DNA of 64,000 bases from the human T2T-CHM13v2.0 reference genome, Homo sapiens, in assembly GCF_009914755.1 (NCBI RefSeq), contig NC_060926.1. One strand, written 5' to 3'. A model generated the notes under the pieces. The model did not search any database and had not been told where the DNA came from. It was given only the letters and a program-made list of their open reading frames with translations. The translations under genes and the position numbers were made by a program. Positions within the stretch are counted from its first letter, which is position 1; every line of letters begins with the position of its first letter. Positions 18,893 to 38,187 of this stretch are shown here, in pieces.

Positions 18893-19420
18893 ATGCTGGG
18901 CACCCCTCCCCCAGCCTTGCTGCCGCCTTGCAGTTTGATCTCAGACTGCTGTGCTAGCAATCAGCGAGACTCCGTGGGCGTAGGACCCTCTGAGTCTGGT
19001 GTGGGATATAATCTCCTGGTACGCCGTTTTTTAAGCCCGTCGGAAAAGCGCAGTATTAGGGTGGGAGTGACCCGATTTTCCAGGTGCTGTCTGTCACCCC
19101 TTTCTTTGACTAGGAAAGGGAACGAAAGGGAACTGCCTGACCCCTTGCACATCCCGAGTGAGGCAATGCCTCGCCCTGCTTCGGCTCACGCACAGTACGT
19201 GCACCCACTGACCTGCGCCCACTGTCTGGCACTCCCTAGTGAGATGAACCTGGTACCTCAGATGGAAATGCAGAAATCACCCATCTTCTGCATCGCTCAC
19301 GCTGGGAGCTGTAGACCGGAGCTGTTCCTATTCAGCCATCTTGGCTCCTCCAGGGTATTTTTATTTATTTTGTATTTGTGTGTAAATGTGTGTATACAAT
19401 TTTTGTTTATAAAACCTTGA
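18893..19420 (+). other. Antisense L1 ORF0-like frame, 175 aa, extending into the flank; translation not shown
   Basis: MLGTPPPALLPPCSLISDCCASNQRDSVGVGPSE... matches the primate L1 ORF0 N-terminus. Confidence 0.7.
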
Positions 19421-19449
19421 CCATTTTTCTCATGATTTTCTATCTTATT

Positions 19450-19800
19450 TACTTTTTAAACTTTTTATTTTAAGAAAACTATAGATTCCTGGAATGTTGC
19501 AGAAACAGGTCAAAATTCCCATATAACCTTCACCTAGGTTTGTGCAATATTTATATCTTACCTAAATATGAAACAATATCAAAATTAGGATGTTGGTATA
19601 GTGTGTGTATAGTTCCACATCATTTTTATTATTTTTCATAACTACGGTATATTCAGGATACAGAACTGAAATTTCACTTTTGGTAACACTTTATAGTCAC
19701 AGCCACCCTTCTCTCATCACCATCCCTAACCACGAGACACCATTTATCTCTTTTCCATCTGTTTAATTTTTCCGATTCAATAATGTTACATAAATGGACT
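19450..19800 (-). mobile_element. Old L1M (L1MC/MB-like) 3' fragment
   Basis: Degenerate motif cccatataaccttcacctaggtt...acaatatcaaaattagg. Confidence 0.5.
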
Positions 19801-20223
19801 CACCAATTTATCTTTTTAGAAATCTTCATACATAGGATATATTACACATTTGGAATTGTTTATGTTGCAATTGTTATAACTTTTAAGTTCAGGAGTACAT
19901 GTGCAGGTTTGTTATATAGGTAAACTTGTATCATTGGGGTTTGCTGTACTGATTATTTCCCCACCCAGGTATTAAGCCTAGTACTCATTAGATATCTTTC
20001 CTGATCCTCTCCTTCCTCCCACCCTCCACCCTCTGATAGGCCCCAGTGTGTGCTGTTCCTCTCTATGTGCCTATGTGTTCTCATCATTTTGTTCCCACTT
20101 ACAAGTGAGAACGTACTGTATTTGGTTTTCAGTTCTTGCGCTAGCTTGCTAAAAATAATGGCCTCCTGCTCCATCCATGACCCTGCAAAGGACATGATCT
20201 CATTCTTTTTTATGGCTGCATAG

Positions 20224-20481
<258 letters not shown>

Positions 20482-21011
20482 ATCACATTTTGTTTATCCA
20501 GTCTACCACTGGTGGGCCTTTAGGTTAATTCCATGTCTTTGCTATTGTGAATAGTGCTTCAATGAACATACACATGCATGTATCTTTTTAATATAGTTAT
20601 TTATATTCCTTTGGGTATACACCCAGTAATGGGATTGCTGGGTTGAATGGTAGTTGTGTTTTTAGCTCTTTCATAAATTGCCATAGATTTTTTGACAATG
20701 GTTGAACTAATTTACATTCCCACCAATAGTGTATAATTATTCCTTGTTCTCTGAAACCACCTGAGCATCTGTTTTTTTTTTTTTTTTTTTTTTTGACTTA
20801 TTAATAGTAGCCATTCTGACTGATGTGAGATGGTATTTCATGGTGGTTTTGATTTGCATTTCTCTAATGAGCAGTGATATTGAAAGTTTTTTCATGTGTG
20901 CTTGTTGGTCTCATGTATGTCTTCTTTAGGGAAGTGTCTGTTCATGCCCTTTGTCTACTTTTTAAAAGGGTTGTTTGTTTTTTCCTTGTATTAAGTTCCT
21001 TATAGATGCTA

Positions 21012-21356
21012 TGTATTAGTCCCTTTTCATGCTGCTGATAAAAACATACCCAAGACAGGGGAATTTACAAAAGAAAGAGGTTTAATCAACTCATAGTTCC
21101 ACATGGCTGGGGAGGCCTCACAATCATGGAGGAAGGTGAAAGGCACGCCTCACATGGTGGCAGAAACGAGAAGAGAGCCCGCACAGGGAAACTTCCTGTT
21201 CCCATAACCATCAGATCTCGTGAGACTTACTCACTACTAAGAGAACAGCATGGGAAAGACCTGCCCCCATGATTCAATTACCTCCTACTGGGCTCCTCCC
21301 ATAACACGTGGGAATTAAAGATGAGATTTGGATGGGGACACAGCCAAATCATATCA
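21012..21356 (-). mobile_element. THE1 (A/B-like) solo LTR nested in L1
   Basis: Termini tgtattagtc...aatcatatca. 5-bp TSD tgcta/tgctg within L1 sequence tatagatgctggatattaga. Confidence 0.92.
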
Positions 21357-24300
21357 TGCTGGATATTAGAATTCTGTCAGATGCAAAGCTTGCAAAAATT
21401 TTCTCCCATTCTGTTGGTTGTCTGTTTACTCTGGTGATAGTTTCTTCTGCTGTGCAGAAACTTTTTAGTTTAATTAGATCCCATTTGTCAATTTTTGTTT
21501 TGATTGCAATTGCTTTTAGCATCTTTATCATGAAATCTTTACCTAATTTTATGTCCAGCATAGTATTTGGGATTTACTTTAATTTATCCTGAGTTTTTGT
21601 ATATGGCATAAAGAAGGGGTCTGATTTCAATCTTTTGCATATGGCTAGCCACTTACCCCAGCACCATTTATTAAATAGGGAGTCCTTTTCAAACCATTGC
21701 TTGTTTTTGTCAGCTTTGTCAAAGATCATATAGTTGTAGGTGTGTGGCCTTCTTTCTGGACTCTCTATTCTGTTGCATTGGTCTGTGTGCCTGTTTTCTT
21801 ACCAGTATCATGCCGTTTTGGTTATTGTAGTCTTGTAGTCTAGTTTTAAGTTGGGTAGTTTGATGCCTTCAGCTTTGGTCTTTTTGTTGGAAAATATTTT
21901 GAAAGACAAATTGACTTTTAATTTTGAGATATTTCTTTTATAGAAGTTTATTTTTTATTAAAAATATTATTTTATGATTTCTGCCTTTAGCATTTTCCAT
22001 ATACTCTTAAATATTCTTATGCAATTTATGTGAATATTTTTACATTTGTTAGCTTATTTAAAATTTCACATTTGAACTTTTTCACTTTGGTTTTATTTTG
22101 CTACGTGTTGGAAATAGAAGCTTTATTTTGTTGTAGTAACTACTAGATACAAACTACTATCATCTTCCCAGTATAAGTAGGTAGGTGATATACATTCTTC
22201 TAGAATTTGAAAAAGACAACTTTATGGAATGGTAAATTATATACATACCTGCATACATATACATACATACCTCTACACACTTATAATCTTATGTTGTTGA
22301 GCCTATTTCTGAGATTTTTAGGTTTTATGTGAGCCATTTTTCTGTTCTGGAAACTGTGTAGCCTTCTTCTGTTACTGTAACTTAATTGTATTTTTAATTT
22401 CTGAAGATGTAATTTTCCCTTTATCTTGCTTCTTTTTCAATTTCTTATTCCTAATCTTACACATGTTTGAGTCCTCATCTTGTTTTCAAAAACATAAAAC
22501 TATCATTGGGATTATAAATATAACAATATTAAATTCATAACATTTTAGAGAAAATCAGCATCAATACAGTATTATTTCTCACTTGGTAACTTTCAATACT
22601 TCTTTTATTCAAGTTTCTTGTCTTGGAAGATACGTATGGACCAGTTTTCATACAAGGTTTGCCCATCTATTGTTAGGTAAATTCCTAGGTATTTTATAAG
22701 TTATATGCCTTCACTTCACCCTAATAGTCTCTTGCCAAGTAATGCCATTCTAAGGGCCCCTAGTCAGTTGCACCAAACCAAATCTGACTGGGAATGTTTT
22801 CCAGTCAGGCTGGGTGGGGATTAGAAAGAATTCTCCACACAGCAGGCATTGGAGAAACTCAGCAAGTCTGACTTGCTCTTTGCCTTTGCAGAACTTCTGG
22901 TCCTCAGGGAAGCCTTACCAGTGGCAACCTGGCAAAGGCAATGGCTCAGTGGGGAGTCTGGCTCCAACACACGGGGATGCTGTCTCCTGCTTCTCTTGTC
23001 ACTACTCAGCAATTAGATGCTGTTTCCCTAGAGAGCTCTCCAACTATACTCTTTACAATGGCTAATTATAACGTCCACCTCTATTTTCAAAACTCAGATT
23101 TCTCCTCTTACTACAGCAGCTGCCCTGTAGCCTACTTCACAAGACAAGAGCAGCTCTATTATACTCTGAACTCCCTTAACTTTCCACCACATCCCCTACC
23201 AGTTTACCTGAGTCTGCACCCACCCACTTTTTTTCTCCTTGTAATAATAGAAAAGCTATTCCTCCTTTCATAGCTTATTTCTCAACCTGCGCTCTTGCGC
23301 TCTTGGAGACCTTGCCCTATTGATTTCCCTCTTGTCTTCCTTCAACACATTTCTTTCAACTCGCCTCTTACCCTCAAATTTAGAAACACTCAAGCTTTTC
23401 CCATCTTAAAAAAAAAAATCCAATTTTCACCTGTCATCTCAATTTGCAATTCTCTGTGGTTATATAACATTTCTAATTATTCATCCTTTGAATCAGTAAT
23501 TTCTGAATAGCCTACTGAGAAGGCTGTTTATTATACTAATCTTTTTAAATAACTGATGCCAGAATTTCTTCATCAAATCTTAAATTATTATAGTTCCCAA
23601 TTCACTCATTTATTTATATTATTCCTTTTATTTTAAATCTCTTTTCCTTATATTTTTAGTTATAGTCTTTAGAAATACAGATCATATTGTCCTTTCTTCT
23701 TACCTACTTAATTGAATGCTGACTTCATTTGTTATTATTCTTTCTCGTTTCATAATGAAAGTATTTGTTGCTACTATTTTTCATCTCATTTTACCTTTAG
23801 TTGCATCCCGAATGCTCTGATACATACTCTTGTCATTTTCATTTTTTCTATAAAGCCTAGAATTGCAGTTTTGATTTCCCTTTGACCCAAAGTTATTAAG
23901 GATAGTGCTCTTGGTTTCCAACTAGCTTGATTATTTCAGTGTTTTTTTTAAATTAATTTTTGGAATCACCTAGTGGAAGTATGATAATATGATCTCCACA
24001 AGGTATTTTTTATTACCTCACTGTTTAAAAACATTCTCAGACACTTAAAAACAGTATATATTCTCTGTAGGGTACAGTATTTAATAAGGAACTTTTAAAA
24101 CAACATTATTTTAATCATAATATTCCAACTCTGGTTTTTCATATTCAGTTTGTTTCTTTTTAATTTTTCAAGTCTAACAAAGCTAAATCAAAATTTTCTA
24201 CTAAAATTGGGGTTTGGGTAATGGCTTCTTGCATTTGGATGTTATATCTAATTGGATAAATGCTTATGACAAAATATTTTCACTCTAGAGTAAAATTTTA

Positions 24301-24671
24301 ATGTAAGTGATATAATCCTTTTAATCTTATTTCTTTAACCTGGATTACTATTTTGACCATTAATATTGGTTTGGTAATATGGTTTTCCTGATATGGTTGT
24401 GCTAATCCTTTTATGATTATTTTTGTGTGGATTGCCTCATAATTACCATATAGATGCATTTTGTGTTTTGAACCTTTCTTTAAAAATTTTAGGTTAATAA
24501 AAAGTTACTTATACATGTATTTCTTAAGTAGCGAATTCTTCTGGAATGTTGTAAAATTCAAAAGATACACAACGGTATATATGAAAAAAAAATCTCTCTC
24601 TCTCCTTTCTCCCAGGTACCCATTTTGTGTTCTTAGAGATAACACTACTACTTCATAACTGTATATCATGT

Positions 24672-24770
24672 ATGAGATGATCCACATATTTACATACATT
24701 TGTGCACATGTGTTTTTTATATGATGAGATGTTCCACGTATTTACATACATTCATGAACATGTGTTTTTT
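24672..24770. repeat. Diverged 52-bp tandem duplication
   Basis: atgagatg(a/t)tccac(a/g)tatttacatacatt...catgtgtttttt starts at both 24672 and 24724. Confidence 0.85.
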
Positions 24771-25224
24771 TCCCCAGATTACAGCCTATTTTTATACTAT
24801 CTGTTCATATACAACTACACAATTCTTTTCAGTGAAGGTAAAATAGGCCACTGTTTTCCTGTATCATAATGTCCGTCAGTTTTCTTTCTTCCACTTCACA
24901 TATTCAGCTCCCATTTTCTTCTTTTTCATTGCATATGAATTTTGGTGTAATTAATAACTTTGAAGATAATTAAAATTAGTCTAAAACTAACACATGCATA
25001 GGAAAAATGGAAATGCATTTTAAATCAACACTTCTATTGAGCTACATAACCATGTAATCAGATTACTCTTACACTCTCTACATTGACTATATTGACTTAT
25101 TGATGAATACATCTAGAGATTTATTACAGGAACATTTGTTTCTTTAGGTTCTTTCTCAGCACAGGTGCAACCACAGCATTGATTGGGTCAAGATACATGA
25201 GAAGTGTAATCTATTACCACTTAG

Positions 25225-25583
<359 letters not shown>

Positions 25584-26074
25584 TGTGTTATAGAATTGTG
25601 TTTTACAACTGTAATAATTAATGTCACTTTTATTTTTAACAATTCTCCTACAAAATAAATAAAATGTGTCACATTTAAAATTATATTCTGACAGAAGCAA
25701 ATTTCTGTTTTAATTAGGCCCAATGAGACCTGAATCCTCTGCATATGGTTTTATAAATCTGATGATTAGAAGAATTTTGCACAGATTAGCATCTGGCTCT
25801 GCACATTTCAAAAGTTATTCCTTCTTCTCCACCATCCACATATTTTAATGCCCGGTGTCATAAGCCATGTCATTTTGTGACTTGACTGCTGGCTCTACAC
25901 CTTCAACTGTGAGACAGTCAGCAAAGTGGGTGGTAGGATTCTTCGTAAAAGCCGTTTCTACTTTGGGGCAGGAAGGCATAACAATTATGCACAGAATTGA
26001 CTATAAAACATATAAATATATTCCTCTAAACCTAAACTGTGTACATTCACTACAAAATTTCCTCTTTGCCTAAG

Positions 26075-26500
26075 GAAACTTAACCTTTTTGGTGTCGTGA
26101 ACCTCTTTGGCACTCTGAAGCCTGTGATCATCTCAGAATAATACATGCATGAAATAATAAAATAAATGAATTTTATAGAAATGCAGATATTGAAATAATA
26201 CACTTATATTAATATATGTGTGTATTTGTTATTACATTAACTAACAAAATGTAATTCCTGTGATTTTACCACCATAAAAAACAATTGATATTATGAGATA
26301 GCTATTATAACTCTGTGATGATATTAAATATTTTTCATGTCTATTAGTAAAAAAATAATCACAGGTATTGCTTATTTACTTTGATTTGCTGATGCCATTC
26401 ATAAGTAAACAAATATTCTAAGTCATTTAATATAGAAATGTTCATTTCCCCCCAAAACTTACCATATAGGCCCTAATTTCCATCCATTGAATCCTATACA
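26075..26500. mobile_element. hAT-Charlie DNA transposon fossil (Charlie4a-like)
   Basis: cttaacctttttggtgtcgtgaacctctttggcactctgaagcctg...tctcagaataat resembles the Charlie4 terminus. Confidence 0.5.
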
Positions 26501-27304
26501 TCCAACTGCCAATGGCCACTCCAATACCAATAGAAGAAGAAGAAGGGTAAGGAAGGGGTAATCATAACAATATAATAGTCTGAATTACTTTTGCAAATTT
26601 TATAGAAATCAGTGAATATGTGGGCACACGCTTACAATACTCCTTAGAAGACAACCATAAAAATATGGAATCCTGAAGCTTACAGTCCATTTAGCTTTTT
26701 GATAAATGTATCTCCATTTACCTTCATGGTAAATCAGCTGGTGCACTGTATCTACATTCAATTTTCAGAAACTTTTATCCCTAAGTCTTATATTTAAACT
26801 CTGTATTTTCATCTTTCATATTAGGACAATGGCTTTACTTCCTCAAATTGTTCCATTTCTTTGAAACATTATATTTTCTGTTTAATCCTCCTCACTGAAG
26901 AATGTATATGCGTATAGTGGAAATCAAGGTGAACCAGAATACATGTCAGTTAATTTCTGTTCTCTTTAATTCAGAATAAGAAACATGAGAACGGTGCAGA
27001 ATCTTTGCAATTGTATTTCACCAGTGAGAAAATAAGGAGTATCCACAATGAGGTGAAGACTGTCAAGACAAGGAATATTTTTTCCACTGAGTAAAGCTTT
27101 TACATATTTGTTGAGCTAGCCAATGCTAGATAGGACCAATCATCATCTACTAACTTACACAACTGACATCAGTATTCCCCTGTGGTCAACCAATTTGGTG
27201 CCTTTCCATAATTGGTGCCTCTCCATGCAATGCCCTTCCCAAGGGGAAGATTATGTATCTTTATTCAGTAGAAATTACGTCTGACTGTGGGACTTGCTTT
27301 TGGC

Positions 27305-27540
27305 CAGTGGTTCTCACGCAAGGACAATCTTGCCACCAAAGGGACATTTGTCAATATCTGTCAATATTTGTCAATATGACATGTTGGTTGTCATAACTAG
27401 AAGGAACTGTTGTTACTTGCTCTTCGTGGGTAGGGAGGACAAGGATGCTGCTTAAACATTCTGCATTGTACAGGACAACCCTTTGTAACCGATAATTATC
27501 TAGCCCCAAATGTCAACAGTGCCAAGGTGGAGAAACCCCG
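27305..27540 (+). mobile_element. MER20 (hAT) inserted in an old MLT1 LTR
   Basis: cagtggttctca...ccaaggtggagaaacccc. Degenerate 8-bp TSD cttttggc/cttcaggc. Internal 10-bp-period triplication of tgtcaatat. Confidence 0.8.
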
Positions 27541-30084
27541 CTTCAGGCAATAAAATGTGAAAAGAAACAATGTTTCTCTTTCCAGGCAGGAAATTTGACA
27601 GTAATTTCATTAGTCATTACTTATCTGATAATGTCCCAGAGAGGGGCTACTCTACCAGCCTGGTTTCTAGAGTAAAACAACATGGAACTACCAAGAACTG
27701 TGAAGGGCCAGAGATTTATCCCATTTGCAAGCTAATGATGCCCCCTCTATTACTTACTTAATAATAATGTGTAAAATATTATGACTCATTGGACAGGTAA
27801 ACAGAATGAGTGTTATGTTTCATGACAGTTTACCTTCCTAGCTCCCCAAGTCCCATGGGAGTGATATGAAGGAGCTCAGGTTGAGGAAGACATGTGTGGG
27901 AACTCTGAATTAGAGAACTCAATGCTTCCATAATGAATTAAACAAACCTAAATGACTTTGTCCCAGAAAGGAGAAATTATTTTACTAGATAGTAAACTAG
28001 CCTATTCTTTACTTCAGAGGGAGACACTATCTCTATTTTCCAAGGCAGCTCATTATACAAACATTTCTGCGAAGATAGTCCGGAGTAAAGTCATACCATG
28101 CTTCTGCTCACACGTTGTGCATAAATGTGAGTGAAGCGTGGAGAATTGTCTCCCAAAGGAAGCAGAACCCCAGCAAGCTGCACTGACCCTGTAGCAGAAG
28201 CTGGAAATTAACGTGTGTTGTTTTAAGTTACTGTGACTTGGGGCTGCTCTCTACCTTTACTGGAAATCTTACAACTTCTTAATCTTGATCTATTTACCAG
28301 ATTATAGCCAGCTGACTAATTCCCACAAATAGTGATTCTACTGTTGCCCAAATATATAATAGTTGCATTCAGTTTTCAACAGAAAAACTAAGGGAGAATA
28401 TCTAAAAAGTGGATCACCTAATGCTCTCTTAGAATGTATTTGTATCCAGCCGTAAAGCCTCATCTGCCTCGCTGGCAACTAACTTGTAAATCACTTACCA
28501 ATTACTTGGAATAATGAGTATACCAATTAATATTAACGCAACTGATACATTGTAAATATTTTATAAAGGATTTATTTGTTATTCATCATAATGTTATGCA
28601 TTCTGTTACATGATAAATCATTTCAAAAGGTTAGTACGCCTGGTAAATAGTTTGTAAATATTTGCAAACAATTTATCTCATGTAATAACACATAAATAAT
28701 TTGTGATTTATATATTACCGCATTCTAATGATTGGCCATTTACCATAAGTATTTGAATTCCTGGAAATTCATTTAAAGCTACTGAGCTCCAGAGTAATCT
28801 ATCGTAGTTTGCTGTGGCTGGCAAAAACAGCAACAAGGCATTGTGGGGCTTTGTTTTTAGTTTTCATTTTAGCAGCTCTGTATGTATTTATGTTTTTAGT
28901 TATTTAAATGAGGTGATTATTAATGGTGAGTTTGCTAATTTTTAATAATAATTAATACTTCATAACATTAAATGAACATCAAGTCCCCAAGTAATATTTT
29001 TGGAGTCCTACATACATTAACAAGAAATATTCCTATCTTAAAAATAATTTCAGAAGTTTTCTCTTGGAGTTTTCTTCGTAAACGTGAACTTTTTCTGGAT
29101 TTAGCCCATAAACCTATAGAGTTTATTTAAAAGCAAGACCAAAAATGTTCTGGTTTCTTTTTCATACGCTATTCCCTTCACTTTTAAACACTTGCTTCCT
29201 TATCATATCATTCCCTCTCGAACACACTAAAACTTCTGTTCCCAATCAGATATAGCTTTCCATAATAATAAGATTTATGTATGTCTATATGTACTGATTA
29301 GAAAAGTAACATAAATTAACAATAGAGCTTTTGTATGGTACGAAAAACTGAAATAGGCAAAGGTTAAGCATCATCAAAAATATGTATTACTATCATTTGG
29401 GTAGATATCTTCCATTTTTCAGTCATTTTAGTTGTTTGATAACTATATATTATCACACATATTTGCAGATGGCACCCAATTTTATTTTTACTTGTAGGCT
29501 ATAAAAATAGGTCCTTGAATGAGGACAAATGTTGATTCATATACTGGGAATGCTTCTGAGGAAACTGGTAAATCATGGGGCGTGTTTTTGTTTTAACATT
29601 TTAGCTGCAATAAATACTAGGAAATACATTTTTCATTGTAAGCAATTATGCACATATATCTTTTAAAGTCTAATAAAATAATTTTCATAATAATGACATA
29701 CATTTTAATATTTTCTATTCTCTTTCTCACTTCTTCTATTTCATTTTTTTATGTGACCAGTGATTCATCAAATTCATCTGTTTAGTGGGTTGTAGGTAAT
29801 GGAACACAATCTGCAGTTTGAAAAATACTTATTTAGGAGGTTCCTTTATTGCCAGATCAATAACAGATCCCTAACAATTAATGCAGTTACTTCTGGGACC
29901 TCGTGGCTTTTTTCAGTTTATTTGCTACAGGAGTCTCCAGACCTCTCTGTGGCCACACTGCGCAGAACTTCCAGTGAGTCAATCTCTGCCTACAGCAGAG
30001 CTTCTTGCATTTGTTTCAGTTTTAATCATTTATGTATCAAACTCGCTAATTCATAGGTGTTTGATCACATCAGAACACTCTATA

Positions 30085-30298
30085 TCAAAGCTTCTCCACA
30101 TTTTGGGATAAATAATTCTTTGTTGCAGAGGGCTTTCCTGTCCACTGTAAGGTGGTCAACAGTATGCTTGACCTCTACTCACTAGATGCTGGTAAGACCC
30201 CACATACCATTTACAACCATTAAAAATGTTCCCAGACATTATACATGTTTCCTGGACTAGAGTAGGGCAGAGTTAATCATTCCAAGTTGAGAACCACA
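30085..30298 (-). mobile_element. MER20 (hAT)
   Basis: ataattctttgttg...ctctactcactagatgc...gttgagaaccac. Confidence 0.75.
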
Positions 30299-30710
30299 GC
30301 TCCATATGTTCATGCATTTAAACAAGAGAAACTTACAAGGAGACCAAAAATAAAATTCAAAGGGAGCTCATATAGAAGGTCATCCTGTGACCCCACCCAC
30401 TGCTCTCCCTTCTTTTGCTCAGCTTTCCAGAACCAAGGAACGATATGATCACCCACGCCTCTGCACCATGAAGTGAAGTGGGGACACATGTGGATCTCAT
30501 GCTGCTGCTCACCTGAGGAACACTGCTTTGTCATTTTTTGTACTTTCTTTTGTAATAAAAAATGACAACTCTTTGTCTATTGATTTATTATCTTTAAATA
30601 CCTTTTGTAGAGAAAATATTTTCAAAAGCAGCAGATTTTCGATTAGAAATTATTGTCAAATGGTGTTTAAATGTGCTTTTTAAAGAAATATAATTACATG
30701 TTTCATACTC

Positions 30711-30744
30711 TTTCCTTCCTTCCTTCCTTCCTTCCTTCCTTCCT

Positions 30745-30811
<67 letters not shown>

Positions 30812-30822
30812 CTCTTTCTTTC
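30711..30822. repeat. Compound (TTCC)n(TTTC)n microsatellite next to an L2-like remnant
   Basis: Uninterrupted pyrimidine tract of about 112 nt. Confidence 0.97.
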
Positions 30823-32099
30823 ATTTTACAACATGCTGAATGCTGGTGATATAATGATGAACAAGCTGGTCATTACCTTCACAGAAATAAAATTTTAGCT
30901 GTGGAAAAAGAAGATAACAATCAAATCCCCCCCCCCTTTTATTTTGTTCTGAAGATGAGATAATTCCAAACCAAAATTTTAAAAGAAAAATCCTCAAAGA
31001 CTTTTATACACAGATATACAAACAAGATTGGGGTTAAACTATAAATACAATTTTTTACACCTATTTCATTAGTGTAAATGAAATTATACCCCAAAAAAAG
31101 CATCTATTGGTGTATTGTTTCCATGTACAACCTCACTTTAATCTCAGGCAATCCTATTGAATCAGGCAATTTTTCAACAGAAATAGCATATAAAATCAGA
31201 TCTAATCAACTCTCTTTATTTTCAAGAGAAGTCTCCCAATATGCTATGCTAAGAAAAGGGCAGAAGGAGAGTTTCACTGTAAGAGTAGAATTCACATTAA
31301 AATAAGTCAAAGCTGGGATTCATGGGAACTTAAAATCTGTTTTTCTCATTCCTCTCTCTCCCACTTCCTCTTCTTACCTGCAGTAACTATTCTCTCCTTA
31401 CCTTTATTTACTCATAGTTTTTAATAGAAAAATACTAATTTTAGCTTGGGAGATAAATAATACTTTTTAAGTACTAACCATAAATCCTAAGTATAATAGC
31501 TGAAAAAGATAAAAAGGGAGGAAGTTCCAGGGCAACTCTAGCTATTGAACTCCTGTTCCCACTGAATTCTGAAGAATTCCCAGTTTCTTGCAGTGTGTGT
31601 CCACCATCAGATGCTGCAAGGCCCATCAATTCGAATGTCAAAAATACGTATGATGACAATAGGGAATATCATATGCATTACCTTGGCTGATTTCCTTAGC
31701 AATTGAACCCGTTAATTGGGAGGAAGTTCTTGTCAATCAAGTTCTGACCCCTGAGATAATTTCTCTTCTCTATTTTCTTTTAGCGTCACCTTGAGAGGGG
31801 TTTTAGGAGTTCTCTTAAGGGACAGCCATAGCAGTTCTCTTCCAACTAATGTCAACTGAAGCCTGCTTATCCATGAAGCAAGTTTTGATATTATATACAA
31901 CTCCATCATAAATGTAGTGGGTTACCTATTGATTTCACTGTTGACGATGCCAGGACATAAAAATATAATTTACCATCCATATCTAGCCATTTTTATTTGA
32001 ATTAATGTTTAACGAGGTAAGGCATCCAGATTGTGTAAGCTGGGACTGACCAAGATGCACCAGCATTTATGTTCATCTTACTTAAAAGGCAGTATCAGT

Positions 32100-32320
32100 T
32101 GACTCATTAAAATTGTACATATTGATGGTCTACAATTTGATGCTTCACTACATACATACGTTGTGTAGTGATCAAGTCAGGATATTTAGTGTGACCATCC
32201 TTCCATGCATCTATCATTTCTGTGTGGCAAGAACATTAAAAAGCCTCTCTTCTAGCTATTTTGTAATATACAATACCTTACTGTTAACCATTCTTAGCCT
32301 AGTGTGCCTTAGAACATAAA
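32100..32320 (-). mobile_element. L1MA-like 3' fragment
   Basis: aattgtacatatt...gatcaagtcaggatatttag...tctagctattttgtaatatacaatac. Confidence 0.65.
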
Positions 32321-32754
32321 TATATACAAGTAGAATGTGTCAGTGAAAAAAATTTTAAAGGCAATACCAATATCTCAGATTCACTATACCTGTTGGTATA
32401 CTCATCTTGAAAACTGTAGGCATTCCACAACAACTTTACTTTTGGGACATCAATAATTTAGTAAAGATTGGGGCAAGGCTCTTCCCATCTCATGAATATT
32501 TAATTAATTGTCCTGCTCCCGGAACCTGGAGAGTAACAGGTTATTGGGAGTCTCAGCAGCACTACTTTATCCCCTAGTCGTCTTCACATATTGCCACGTT
32601 GCTTAATATGCAGTAAAGTCCTAATGATTGAGTCACAGTGGAAAGGATCAGATCTTCACTCCTCCCAGCAAGAGGGTAGAACCAACAGAAAGTGCTTGAG
32701 GGCCTCTGCAGGTCAACATTCTTCACTTCTTACTGCTCTTTCAAAATACTGTAG

Positions 32755-32840
32755 CCCCATTCTAATTACCATAATCAGTTTGGATGTTTCCAAACAACCC
32801 CATTCTAATTGCCATAATCAGATTGGATGTTTCCAAACAG
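32755..32840. repeat. 43-bp tandem duplication (3 mismatches)
   Basis: Units at 32755-32797 and 32798-32840. Confidence 0.93.
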
Positions 32841-32889
32841 GCATGAACTTTGACCCTGTAATTCTAATGTGGAAGAGAAAAATAATATA

Positions 32890-33070
32890 AATAATATTCA
32901 GTTATTATGTACCACGTGCTGCTCTAAGTACCTTAGATAATAATGCCATGGTGTGGAAAGGCAGAGGGCACTTAATTGTCCTGCTAAAGGTCACAGAGGT
33001 CTATTAAGGGATGGAGCCAACATTTGAAAGCAAGCAGTGTGGCTGCAGAGTTCATGTATTTAGCCATTCT
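32890..33070 (-). mobile_element. MIR
   Basis: Degenerate core aaggtcacag...ggagccaacatttgaaagcaagcagtgtggctgcagag. Confidence 0.6.
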
Positions 33071-33649
33071 CCCATAATTCTTCTGAAGAATTCAGGAGCT
33101 ATAATTTGATGTTTAACAGATTGATTTCCAGACACCTCTGCTTTCAAAGTATCAGTCTCTCTACAGAAGAGAATTCCTACAAGACAGAGACTCAATTCTT
33201 CCACTATCATCCAGGTATACATGAAGTTGCCATTTTAGCACAATTCTTGATGTGGGCCATGGGAGTAATTAATTCAGTGCATTCTACTCATACTTCACTT
33301 AAGACTTTGCTCTCAGTGGGTATAGTTATTTAAAGAATATGGGCAATATTAAATGAGATCAATTCCATTATCCCTATCCTCCATATTTTCTATGCTTCTA
33401 TTTGAATTAGGGTCAATCTCCTGGACCAAAGTTGATTTTTCTAACCTTGGTGAAAAACAGAGTCATGGTTTAGCTGGAATGTTTTCCAGCTAAATGTTTT
33501 CCAGCAACATGTTTGTCGCTCTATGTCTTTGACCTATTCTCCCTCCCTAGGCCATGTTCACACTGCCTTCACCTCTACAAACGTGTCTCTTGCCAAGTGA
33601 ACTGAATGTTTTTTTTTTTGCTCCTGGGTTTGAGAAGAATACATTTCTA

Positions 33650-34079
<430 letters not shown>

Positions 34080-34293
34080 TTATTATTATTATACTTTAAG
34101 TTTTAGGGTACATGTGCACAATGTGCAGGTTAGTTACATATGTATACATGTGCCATGCTGGTGTGCTGCACCCATTAACTCGTCATTTAGCATTAGGTAT
34201 ATCTCCTAATGCTATCCCTCCCCCCCTCCCCCCACCCCACAACAGTCCCCAGAGTGTGATGTTCCTCTTCCTGTGTCCACGTGTTCTCATTGT

Positions 34294-38139
<3,846 letters not shown>

Positions 38140-38187
38140 TTATTTTGCTCGTTAGTTGATGGAGTTTCCTCTTAGCCTCGATGGTCT

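Noticed and set aside
30594-30898. KERK-rich and SFFL-rich ORFs
   Set aside because: These are translations of the microsatellite.
32755-32840. CRISPR-like palindromic repeat
   Set aside because: Only two adjacent units, no spacer, eukaryotic context and no cas genes.
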